Source: Octopus bimaculoides (Eukaryota). Taken from it: DNA of 64,000 nucleotides. This document shows, one piece after another, positions 13,433-24,903 of this stretch (position 1 is the first letter of the stretch; the number at the start of each line of letters is the position of its first letter). Made by a program: the position numbers and the translations under genes. Where the stretch lies: the NCBI RefSeq assembly GCF_001194135.2, contig NC_068983.1:20722030-20786029 (forward strand). Reading direction: 5' to 3'. Below the pieces are notes generated by a model that was not told where the DNA came from, ran no database searches, and worked only from the letters and a program-made list of their open reading frames with translations.

Positions 13433-13803
13433 GTTGGCACTCCGTCGCTTACGACGTCGAGGGTTCCAGTTGATCCGATCAACGGAACAGCCTGCTCGTG
13501 AAATTAACATGCAAGTGGCTGAGAACTCCACAGACACGCGTACCCTTAACGTAGTTCTCGGGGATATTCAGCGTGATCAGGCTGACCCTTTGAATTACAG
13601 GCACAACAGAAACAGGAAGTAAGAGTGAGAGAAAGTTGTGGTGGAAGAGTACAGCAGGGTTCGCCACCATCCCCTGCTGGAGCCTCGTGGAGCTTTAGGT
13701 GTTTTCGCTCAATAAACACTTACAACGCCCGGTCTGGGAATCGATACCGCGATCCTATGACCGCTAGTCCGCTGCCCTAACCACTGGGCCATTGCGCCTC
13801 CAC
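13433..13803 (-). mobile_element. SINE group A, full length, with 11-bp TSD
   Basis: tRNA-like head GTGGAGGCGCAATGGCCCAGTGGTTAGGG, B box GGTATCGATTCC, 3' end ...GTAAGCGACGGAGTGCCAAC. ATCGTGTACAT flanks both sides (13422-13432, 13804-13814). Confidence 0.95.
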
Positions 13804-14719
13804 ATCGTGTACATAGCAATACTAATACACTACAGCTTACCAATTTACTTACACACACACACATACATTCTCTCTCTCACTCACAAACACATGCATATAG
13901 TTTATGTATAAGACTGCATACGTATCTTATCAGTAACATAATATGTCTATTCGTTTTCATTTATTGATGTTTTGCCTGTATTAATGAAGATACGTGCTAA
14001 ATTCAAAGCTGATTCGTTAAGAGCTAATCTGATTTTTTTTCTTTTACTCAATTGATGAAAGTGATTTTTATTAAAATAATGAAAACGTTACATGGAATAA
14101 ACCAAATGAGCAAAGGCGGGTAGGATGGTGAAATGAAATCAAATGATATCGCATTTTCATTCTTATTCAGAAAAAATGTATTGCTTGGAATTGAAACTAG
14201 TTCAAAATTAGCTACTAGACATCTACTTAGTTAAGCAGTTATTGAAGCATGAGAGAACGATTTGAGAGAGAGGGATGACATTTCCAGACAGCTGAAGTGT
14301 GTGTCATTTGATATAACAAAAACAACGCACTTTCTTCTTTCTTGTCGGTGTGTATTAGTTAGCAGGAGAACAAATAGAGCAAACTCTGGTTCATATGACT
14401 AATTTCTGTGGAGAAACAGTTCGTTAGAGATAAAAAACTACGTGTTTTATGAAAGAGAGTTTATGAACCATCTGGGTAGCTGATGTTTTCTTGTTATAGT
14501 CTCTGTCTATCTCAGTATTTGACTTCACCTCGCTTTGTCACTCTGATACACAAATAGTAGACATCCATCAGACTACTCCGACCACCACCACCACCACCAA
14601 AAACTACCACCACTATTATCAGTGTCTCGTATATTTATGATGTATATTATGTTTGTGTGAGTAACTGAGTATTTAAAAGCTAATGCATATTTGCAGCCAA
14701 TATATAATATGCACCCTAT

Positions 14720-14949
14720 AAGGTGGCGGTCTGGTAGAAACGTTAGCTTGCTGGGCGAAATGCTTAGCGGTATTTCGTCTGTCTTTACGTTCTGAGTTCA
14801 AATTCCACCGAGGTCGACTTTGCCTTTTGAGATCGATAAATCAAGTACCAGTTACACACTGGGGTCGATGTAATCGACTTAATCCCTTTGTCTGTCCTTG
14901 TTTGCCCCCTGTATGTTTAACCCCGTGTGGGCAATAATGAAATAAGAAA
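14720..14949 (+). mobile_element. SINE group C, subfamily with Tx1-type tail
   Basis: B box GAGTTCAAATTCC. Body GAGGTCGACTTTGCC...GGGGTCGATGTAATCGAC. Tail TTTGTCTGTCCTTGTTTG...TGTGGGCAATAATGAAATAAGAA. Confidence 0.9.
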
Positions 14950-15010
14950 CATTAGCCTTGAAAGGTTTTTAGTTGAATAAATAAACCCCAGGACTTCTAT
15001 TTTGAGATTA

Positions 15011-15127
15011 GTAACTTAGCGGTTCGGCAATAGGGTTCAATAGAATAAATACTAGGCTTACACGATGAGTTAGCATTATAATTTTCTTTTTAGCCTAGTA
15101 CTTATTCTATTGACTTCTTTTACCGAC
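15011..15127. repeat. Two SINE-B 3'-half fragments in opposite orientation
   Basis: GTAACTTAGCGGTTCGGCAA...TAGAATAAATACTAGGCTTAC on plus and AGCCTAGTACTTATTCTATTG on minus. Confidence 0.7.
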
Positions 15128-15218
15128 TCAAACGTTTAATTGAAGATAGAGTAACAAATTTATTTTAATTATATAGACATTGTCAACTTTTTTTGTTTGA
15201 AAAACGTAAAAGAAAGAT

Positions 15219-15332
<114 letters not shown>

Positions 15333-17026
15333 GTGTAAGTATCTTTGTGCTGATGTATTTAAAAGTTATTTGTATTTTTTCAGTTAACTGAGTATGTATT
15401 TCCCACTCTTCGTTTTTTGCGTATTCGGGGGACGGGGGTAAAAGCGCGAATCCTGCACAGAATTGTTTGTTTTAGTACTAAACATCAACACCAACACCCT
15501 TCTATTTCGGGTGTATTTCCTGCAAAACAAAGCTTACATTCCTTAGATTTCATGAATGGTACATTACTGTATTTTTTTAACTATGTCACGATACTACGAA
15601 CTGCGACTCCATTTATTTGCTATAAATTTTGTCCTACTTTTTTGGCTACGAGATATTTTTGTTTCGTGTTCGTGCGTGGGTATTAATCTTTTAATTTCGA
15701 TAAAAAATAACATTTTCGATATTACAACAAATAAAAGTATATAGTATCACTAGCCAAATAGGTGAGAAGCACTCCCTGTCCTTTCCTTAAACGTTTGAAT
15801 ATTATATCTTAAATAACTGATAAACATGCAATATCACTCATTCTCTCTCACTCTCTTTCTCTCTATATACATGTGTGTATGTGTGTGAGTGAGTATTTGT
15901 ATCGTTTATGTTATTTTTCCTCTAGTGCATGTATGTTTATGTTTATGTTTAACGTTAGAATATAATATTAACATCGATATATCCGTATAGATAACTTTGT
16001 GCAATAAGAGAGTCTTTGTGTTGCATATATTTGTTCTATAATATTTTAGATTTCTTTTACCATTCTATTCATAAGCTAGCATATTTTCTGATAATGAAAA
16101 TGTTCACGAAACTGAAAATGTTATCAAACAAAAGTTAGCATTGTACTTAACAGATAACCTGTGTGCTGTAAGACAATATCAATACTACTAACAAACAAAA
16201 AATAATCACATCATTTATTTTTTTCGTACAAACACACAAAATGCATACATACATTCACAACACGGACGCGTACACTTGCGTGCGTATGTGCACACTTTTG
16301 CACTGATGTATATAAAGTAGGCGTACACCTAATTATACAGTAACTAGTATATATGTGTGAGTGTGTGTCATGGATAAACAGATATGTATGTATGTACGTA
16401 TGTGTATGGATTACGCTTCTTGATGGGAATTTTCATATATCACGAAATCATGAATAACTACCGTCAGAATTTCAGTCAATTTCAAATATTTCGACAGTTA
16501 TACCTTACATTCTACGAACCGTATCACCATATATAGCAAATGTAATTTCTTCATGCTTGCTGCAGGTACAGACTCAATAATTAAAGGATATCGTTTCAGC
16601 AGGTCCTTGTAAATTTTACACCAAGTTTTCTGATTCTAAACAAGATGCGTGCACGTTTATTCACAATCTATTGACTAAAGAGGTCGCAGAAGTTTCTTAA
16701 TGTAAATCATATGTTTCTTTCAGAATTTTATAGTTTTGGAGTTCTTATTGCTTGCAGCAATTTGAATTATAGAGGCTTTATTTGCCCAACTTTTCGTTCT
16801 AGATTTCCATATATTTTGTCAATAAAAATATTGGAGCGACTTATGTTCCTAGATTGAATTCTGTTGACTTTGTGATGAAATATTTCATATTTGCCTCAAG
16901 CGAAGTTTGGAAAAGCTAATGTTTCGTTTTCAATCCTTTTATTTTCTTTTTCGAAAACCAACTACTCTTTCAGAAATTTCGATATATATATATATANNNN
17001 NNNNNNNNNNNNNNNNNNNNNNNNNN

Positions 17027-17065
<39 letters not shown>

Positions 17066-17315
17066 TTGTCTTAAAATATGATCCTTGTTATTTTCATCAA
17101 GTTCTCTGTGCTGATTGACAGCTTCAGCAAAATGCGCCTTAATTTCTGTAGGTTTAAGTTCGGATACATCTCAGCGGTGGAGAGAAGTTTATTTCACCAA
17201 ACGAGACCGTGGTCGTTCTAACATTTAGTAACATTTAGTACACCTCATAGCAAAGACAATGTGAGGGTCTGTGAAATAAAAGTGATGTATTTATATTATT
17301 ATAATCTACCATATT

Positions 17316-17532
17316 AAGGCGGTGAGCTAGCAGAATCGTTACAATGTCGTGCAAAATGCTTAGCGGCACATATCATCCATCTATACGTTCGTTCTGAGTT
17401 CACATTCCACCAAAGTCGACTTTGTCTTCCATCTTTCAGATTCGATAAAGTAAATACTTGTTGAGTGCTAGGTCAATGTAATCGAGCATACCTCTATCTC
17501 GAAATTGTTGGTTTTGTGCCAACATTTGAAAC
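17316..17532 (+). mobile_element. SINE group C
   Basis: AAGGCGGTGAGCTAGCAGAATCGTT ... CTGAGTTCACATTCC ... AAAGTCGACTTTG ... TTTTGTGCCAACATTTGAAA. Confidence 0.85.
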
Positions 17533-18315
17533 GAAAAGAAAGGAAACATCATAATGCCACGTGCTAGCCGCTAGAGTGAATTTATTTATAAGAACATTTG
17601 TACATTTTGACGATGTTTAATTCATTGGCTAAGGTGTTAGAGCTGAGGTCTATTGATATTTAAGCTTATGATACTAAATAGTTCCCTGTCCTATGATCAC
17701 ACCCACCTCTTGATGTGAAATCACCCAGAAGAATAATCCTACCATCCTTTCATAAGACGCTTACGGATTGTTTAAGATCACAGCAAAAGGGCAGTTACTT
17801 TATTCTCAGAATGACTCATGTTACGGTACTTAAAGTGGGAGGCGGAAAGAAATTAAGCTCTCCGGCTTGTGAAAAGGGATTCGTAAATCTTTTTGAATTC
17901 ATGCTTCTGTTGCACAGCCCATTTCATTATCTCTTCTCTCTTTCTAATATGATTTCCTTTACAGAAAAATATAAATCCATAAATCTTTCCGTTTGTCCAT
18001 CACCAGAAAGACGATTTTCGTAAGAGACCTACACAGTATATGCCTTACGGAGATAATTATTGGCGATCAGAGCAGTTAGGCCTTTTACACTTAGTTCTTT
18101 ACTGCACTTTCATTCTTCACAAATCTTTGTATTATTACAGCACTCTACTTTCATGCTAGAATATAAAAATGATGCTTTCTGCCTGGTTGTGAATACGATT
18201 ATTTCTGATGCTCATTTTTGTATTTATCATATAAATGATGCTTCCTCCGCCTTTCAAAGACCTTCGTATCAAAATGTATTCTAAACCAAACAATACTTTG
18301 TGTGTGTGTGTGTAT

Positions 18316-18358
<43 letters not shown>

Positions 18359-18852
18359 NNNNNNNNNNNNNNNNNNNNNNNNNNNNNNNNNNNNNNNNNN
18401 NNNNNNNNNNNNNNNNNNNNNNNNNNNNNNNNNNNNNNNNNNNNNNNNNNNNNNNNNNNNNNNNNNNNNNNNNNNNNNNNNNNNNNNNNNNNNNNNNNNN
18501 NNNNNNNNNNNNNNNNNNNNNNNNNNNNNNNNNNNNNNNNNNNNNNNNNNNNNNNNNNNNNNNNNNNNNNNNNNNNNNNNNNNNNNNNNNNNNNNNNNNN
18601 NNNNNNNNNNNNNNNNNNNNNNNNNNNNNNNNNNNNNNNNNNNNNNNNNNNNNNNNNNNNNNNNNNNNNNNNNNNNNNNNNNNNNNNNNNNNNNNNNNNN
18701 NNNNNNNNNNNNNNNNNNNNNNNNNNNNNNNNNNNNNNNNNNNNNNNNNNNNNNNNNNNNNNNNNNNNNNNNNNNNNNNNNNNNNNNNNNNNNNNNNGTG
18801 ACGATAAACACATAGAAAAAGATACACACGCACGCATATATATATATACATA

Positions 18853-18989
18853 TACTACAGGCTTCTTTCAGTTTCCGTCTACCAAATCCACTCACAAAGC
18901 TTTGGTCGGCCCGAGGCAGAAGACACTTATCTAAGGTCTCACGCAGCGGGATTGGACCCGGAACCATATGGTTTAGAAGCAAGCTTCTT
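18853..18989 (-). mobile_element. SINE group B, body of a split copy (head at 20841-20871)
   Basis: Minus strand begins abruptly at AAGAAGCTTGCTTCTAAACCATATGGTTCCGGG and continues to GGAAACTGAAAGAAGCC. The first ~25 nt of the head are missing here. Confidence 0.85.
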
Positions 18990-20840
18990 TATTTCATTAA
19001 ATATTGGCCATTAAGGCCTTACAAAGAGGGGACAAACAAGGACAGACAAACGTAAAGAAGCTGCGGGCTGGACACGGACATTAATGAGATGAGGGTGATA
19101 ACATAACAAAATGAAAAATGGGAGGGGCACCGGCGCCCAACGACCGATAACCCCTCGAATACATTGTTCAAGCTCAATATTTATAATCATCAATGCCTTT
19201 CAAGAAGGCCCTCCGCTGCACGCAGGCAGCTCTCCATATTCATTTCAGCCTCCGTGCTGATGCACACATATGAGCGGCCGCCACAATCGGCCTCCACCCT
19301 AGCACGGACGCTGTTGGTTACCACTGCTGCGGCCACCTGCTGGGGCCACCTCGAACTGCTCTCGCAAGCCGAGACGAACCTCTCTTTATATTCAAAGTTT
19401 AAGCGTTCTTCCACCTCTCCACCTCTGAGGTANNNNNNNNNNNNNNNNNNNNNNNNNNNNNNNNNNNNNNNNNNNNNNNNNNNNNNNNNNNNNNNNNNNN
19501 NNNNNNNNNNNNNNNNNNNNNNNNNNNNNNNNNNNNNNNNNNNNNNNNNNNNNNNNNNNNNNNNNNNNNNNNNNNNNNNNNNNNNNNNNNNNNNNNNNNN
19601 NNNNNNNNNNNNNNNNNNNNNNNNNNNNNNNNNNNNNNNNNNNNNNNNNNNNNNNNNNNNNNNNNNNNNNNNNNNNNNNNNNNNNNNNNNNNNNNNNNNN
19701 NNNNNNNNNNNNNNNNNNNNNNNNNNNNNNNNNNNNNNNNNNNNNNNNNNNNNNNNNNNNNNNNNNNNNNNNNNNNNNNNNNNNNNNNNNNNNNNNNNNN
19801 NNNNNNNNNNNNNNNNNNNNNNNNNNNNNNNNNNNNNNNNNNNNNNNNNNNNNNNNNNNNNNNNNNNNNNNNNNNNNNNNNNNNNNNNNNNNNNNNNNNN
19901 NNNNNNNNNNNNNNNNNNNNNNNNNNNNNNNNNNNNNNNNNNNNNNNNNNNNNNNNNNNNNNNNNNNNNNNNNNNNNNNNNNNNNNNNNNNNNNNNNNNN
20001 NNNNNNNNNNNNNNNNNNNNNNNNNNNNNNNNNNNNNNNNNNNNNNNNNNNNNNNNNNNNNNNNNNNNNNNNNNNNNNNNNNNNNNNNNNNNNNNNNNNN
20101 NNNNNNNNNNNNNNNNNNNNNNNNNNNNNNNNNNNNNNNNNNNNNNNNNNNNNNNNNNNNNNNNNNNNNNNNNNNNNNNNNNNNNNNNNNNNNNNNNNNN
20201 NNNNNNNNNNNNNNNNNNNNNNNNNNNNNNNNNNNNNNNNNNNNNNNNNNNNNNNNNNNNNNNNNNNNNNNNNNNNNNNNNNNNNNNNNNNNNNNNNNNN
20301 NNNNNNNNNNNNNNNNNNNNNNNNNNNNNNNNNNNNNNNNNNNNNNNNNNNNNNNNNNNNNNNNNNAGGGCCTTATCACGGCCCTGGGGGCAGTTCTTTT
20401 TAATATGGCCAGGCTCCAGGCACTGGTGACACTTGAGGGGGGGGGGCGTCCCTTAAGGATCACGGGGTACCTTTGACCCGCCATCCTCAGAAAATCTGGG
20501 AAAACCAGATCTTTAGCTGATTGGGTCCATATGGTCAACACAGCTTTCGACCCAACCCAATTAGCTGAAGACAGAATTTTCACATAAAAGAGCCTGGATC
20601 CGCTGTCACCCACCCCCTGGCGGATAGTGTCTTCTATCCACTCAGGCTCTATGCCGAGTGGCAGCCCACAAATCCAAGCTCGTGTCAGTTTCTTCCCACA
20701 GTAAGTGGAGAGAAACAAGATATCCTGCCCTACAATGGGCTGGCTCGCAAATTTGAGAGCCACTTCCGGGGTGTCAAATAGCAACCAAATTGTTTATAAC
20801 CCCTGGCTATAAACTTAATGGTGGGTAAATGCTCCACCAA
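18990..20840 (-). mobile_element. ORF1-like (gag/CCHC zinc knuckle) non-LTR element with Tx1-type tail; no RT visible (934 bp unsequenced)
   Basis: Minus strand: ...TIWLLFDTPEVALKFASQP...RAWICGLPLGIEPEW...GQRYPVILKGRP / KCHQCLEPGHIKKNCPQG (CX2CX4HX4C at 20431-20390, after a frameshift in the G10 run 20437-20446). After the gap: ...EERLNFEYKERF...LLERH**, ~190 nt UTR, tail TTTGTCTGTCCTTGTTTGTCCCCTCTTTGT. Confidence 0.75.
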
Positions 20841-20871
20841 TTCTCTTACCACATAACCACTTCTGCGCCTA
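20841..20871 (-). mobile_element. SINE group B, detached 5' head
   Basis: Minus strand TAGGCGCAGAAGTGGTTATGTGGTAAGAGAA matches B heads at 59764 and 33728. Confidence 0.75.
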
Positions 20872-20922
20872 CACACACACACACACAGACACTATGTATG
20901 TATGTATATATATCTATCTATC

Positions 20923-20974
<52 letters not shown>

Positions 20975-21461
20975 CACACTCACACAATATATTAACCATG
21001 TCATTTATTAATTATGCCATTTTATTTTTTCATTTATTTTGATGCTACTAAAAAGCAGAGAAACTTCGATGATATATAGTCATCCATGCATACACAAATA
21101 TTTGGATACGTGTATGCACACACAGCTAAATTTCCTCCAGGATTTGTTTTCTCTTATTGAAAAAAATCACCCCAAATTTTTTTTAAGATTTGATAACAAT
21201 ATATATTTTTTCTGCAATAAAATCATTCTCTTATACAAGTGTGTCGATCATAACTTTGTGCAAATGATGTTGTTTGCTGTTTATGTTTAAATTCCAACAT
21301 TTTTTCATCATTTATATCTATCATTCAAATGAAATTTTTTATTTTCAAAAAATTGATATCAAAATATAATTCAAAACCAAATTATATTGTATGTCTTCCA
21401 TTTTATTTTATTGTATTATTGTTCAGCAATAGATGGAATAGATTCTAATATTGCATTCACA

Positions 21462-21667
21462 TTGTTATACAAGGCCAATAATTTCGAGGGAAGGAGCAAG
21501 TCGATTCTATTGAATCCTGTGCTCAAATAGTACTTATTTTATCGACCCCGAAATGATGAAAGGTCAAAGTCAACCTCAGCAGAATTTGAATTCAGAACGT
21601 AAAGATAGACGAAATGCTTCTAATCATTTTTCCCAACGTGCTAACAATTCTACTAGCTCCCCGCCTT
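21462..21667 (-). mobile_element. SINE group C
   Basis: ATCGACCCCGAAATGATGAAAGG ... GAATTTGAATTCAGAACGTAAAG ... CCCCGCCTT. Confidence 0.8.
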
Positions 21668-21685
21668 GTATATATAAATACTAAT

Positions 21686-21869
21686 ATTGGTTTCAAAATT
21701 TGGCGCAAGGCCAGCGATTTGGGGGAAGGTGATAAGTGGATTGCATCGATCCCTGGATTCAACTGGTAGTTCTTTTATCGATACCAAAAGGATGGAAGGT
21801 AAATCGACCTCGGAGGAATTTGAACTCAGAATGTGAAGACAGACGAAATGTCGCTAAGCTCGCCGCCTT
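21686..21869 (-). mobile_element. SINE group C with deletion near head
   Basis: TCGACCTCGGAGGAATTTGAACTCAGAATGTGAAGACAGACGAAATG...GCTAAG joined directly to CTCGCCGCCTT. Confidence 0.8.
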
Positions 21870-21894
21870 ACGCGTAGATTCTAATATTAACACC

Positions 21895-22115
21895 AAAGCC
21901 GGTGAACTAACTGAATCGATAGCATGTCGACCAGAATGCTTAGCGGTAGTTCGTCCATCTTTTACGTCCTCAATTCAAATACTGTCGAAGTCGACATTGC
22001 CTTTCATTCTTTCCGTGTCCATAAAAAAGCACCAGTTTAGCACTGGGGTAGATGTAATCGACTATCCCACTCCATCGCCATTTCCGGCCTTGTGCCTATA
22101 GCAGAAAGGAATATT
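21895..22115 (+). mobile_element. SINE group C
   Basis: AAAGCCGGTGAACTAACTGAATCG ... GAAGTCGACATTGCCTTTCAT ... CACTGGGGTAGATGTAATCGAC ... GGCCTTGTGCCTATAGCAGAAAGG. Confidence 0.8.
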
Positions 22116-24044
22116 GATAATATTTTATGTATAGTGTGTGAAAATGGGTTGTGAAAACGAGCTTATGTATAATCGTTGTTAAACAATTAACGGGCATGTG
22201 AATAACCTGCATTAGACTTTCTATATACTACATCCAAATACTGAAGGTAAATATCAAGATGTATATTAGCAAAGTAACTGGACCATCCTAACTATTTTAA
22301 GTAATGCTATTTATATCGATTAACAAAAACATTTTGATCTCCACTCCTATCTTTCTTTACTTGTAAACGATTTGTTTCTTCTACTCACGGCAATACTGGA
22401 CATCTCAATGATCCCAATTATAATAGAATAGATGATTGTCCAGGTGAATGATGAACACAGACATATATGAATATTGTTTCTTTTAGCCGCAGACTAATTA
22501 TGTCATGCCCATTTCGATTAAATTTATTTCAATTCTAACATTCCAGGTCCTTTATTTTATTTCTTTTGGTGCAAAAACAGCAAGGCTAAAACTACATCCT
22601 TGACTACGTCCATCACCACTAAGCTGGTAGGGTGTCGTCCTTTAAAACGGATTCCATTGCTATATCTTAATGTCTGCCAACCAGGTAATAGTTTCATTGT
22701 TAAGTCTACTGATGCTTACTGAGGCAAGAAGTACACCTTTCTGTACATATTTATGTAATATAGTCAAATTCATATGAAAGTGGACGAATATATGGCTGAC
22801 TAGAAAAGTCATCTTTACAAACGTGCTATGAGCTGCTATAGGGTCTTATTCAGTGTTACATAGTGAGAGGGATTGTTATGTTGATGAAAACTGTGTGGAA
22901 GCCCATTGTATACGTCTGTGTTTGTGTGTGTGTGAACATATATGCGTGTATGTGCATATATGTGTGTGTGTGTGTATGTGTGTAAAAAGGAAGGAGGAGA
23001 GGGTTTCGGTAAAAAGATACTTACTCCACAGGGTGCATTATAATTAGCGAGTTATTTTTGAAAGTGATCTCCTGTGTCCCCCACTCCCTCTCTTTTCTCT
23101 CTAATGTATGAATATATATATAAATATATATATATAAATATATATANNNNNNNNNNNNNNNNNNNNNNNNNNNNNNNNNNNNNNNNNNNNNNNNNNNNNN
23201 NNNNNNNNNNNNNNNNNNNNNNNNNNNNNNNNNNNNNNNNNNNNNNNNNNNNNNNNNNNNNNNNNNNNNNNNNNNNNNNNNNNNNNNNNNNNNNNNNNNN
23301 NNNNNNNNNNNNNNNNNNNNNNNNNNNNNNNNNNNNNNNNNNNNNNNNNNNNNNNNNNNNNNNNNNNNNNNNNNNNNNNNNNNNNNNNNNNNNNNNNNNN
23401 NNNNNNNNNNNNNNNNNNNNNNNNNNNNNNNNNNNNNNNNNNNNNNNNNNNNNNNNNNNNNNNNNNNNNNNNNNNNNNNNNNNNNNNNNNNNNNNNNNNN
23501 NNNNNNNNNNNNNNNNNNNNNNNNNNNNNNNNNNNNNNNNNNNNNNNNNNNNNNNNNNNNNNNNNNNNNNNNNNNNNNNNNNNNNNNNNNNNNNNNNNNN
23601 NNNNNNNNNNNNNNNNNNNNNNNNNNNNNNNNNNNNNNNNNNNNNNNNNNNNNNNNNNNNNNNNNNNNNNNNNNNNNNNNNNNNNNNNNNNNNNNNNNNN
23701 NNNNNNNNNNNNNNNNNNNNNNNNNNNNNNNNNNNNNNNNNNNNNNNNNNNNNNNNNNNNNNNNNNNNNNNNNNNNNNNNNNNNNNNNNNNNNNNNNNNN
23801 NNNNNNNNNNNNNNNNNNNNNNNNNNNNNNNNNNNNNNNNNNNNNNNNNNNNNNNNNNNNNNNNNNNNNNNNNNNNNNNNNNNNNNNNNNNNNNNNNNNN
23901 NNNNNNNNNNNNNNNNNNNNNNNNNNNNNNNNNNNNNNNNNNNNNNNNNNNNNNNNNNNNNNNNNNNNNNNNNNNNNNNNNNNNNNNNNNNNNNNNNNNN
24001 NNNNNNNNNNNNNNNNNNNNNNNNNNNNNNNNNNNNNNNNNNNN

Positions 24045-24104
<60 letters not shown>

Positions 24105-24670
24105 ATCGATATATATATATATACATACATGTACAAATATACATGCACACGGAAATTCAGACAGATACATACATACCTTCAGTTCAGTAACGTTACATAA
24201 GTACGACGTCTTCCGCATTTCGCGACCAGTTGGCGACAATTATACCACCAACTGTTCCCGGTAGTTTTATGATTTAGGGCAGTCATGAGCAAACTGCAGC
24301 CGATTTACTTTCTGAATGGCACGCATACTTCCATGAGCAAATCAACGTTTATCAAAACTTTGTTTCGTTTCATTCTCGTTTATTCAACCAGTCACACACA
24401 TAACATACTTTCTCTTTCACTCTCTCTCACTTTCACTCTCTCTCTTTTCCTCTCACCCACACGCAATAACTATCAAATGTCATACTAACCTCCTTTACCC
24501 TATTAATATGTGTTGTGTTGAGGTACACCAATCAGAAAAATAAAATTATTCACTCTCATCAGCCATCCGTGTAATTTTCAAACGTGCCTCAGAGTAAATT
24601 TGCCCCCTTTCAAACATTCAAGAGCCTTAAATTGGCATCTCTACTCAGAGCATCTCATCAGTGAATGAAA

Positions 24671-24903
24671 ATTATTGATTTAATGTTCCCTTTTCAGATT
24701 CTAACACCGATAACAACTTGTTGCAATAATTCAGCTAGTGTAACTACACGTCCCTATCGCCTGGCCTTGCCAGGCAAGATTGATATAGCCTTGAAAGTGT
24801 AAGCATGCGAAGCTACGAGACGCAGTTGTGATTACACTCTCTAAATGATCGTAACAAGTTGTTAGAAGTGGTGAAAACAGAAATTGAACATTAAATCAAT
24901 AAT
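24671..24903. repeat. Imperfect fold-back / MITE-like element, 18-bp perfect terminal inverted repeat
   Basis: ATTATTGATTTAATGTTC (24671-24688) and its exact reverse complement (24886-24903). Inner matches TAACAACTTGTT/AACAAGTTGTTA and AGTGTAA/TTACACT. Confidence 0.65.

Noticed and set aside
13389-13622. Recurrent peptide LALRRLRRRGFQLIRSTEQPAREINMQVAE (also 48578-48823)
   Set aside because: Antisense translation of the SINE-A 3' half; recurrence reflects repeat copies, not a gene family.
22583-22684. Open segment ending in a CAG|GTAATA donor
   Set aside because: Weak acceptor (AAAAACAG) and no protein similarity.
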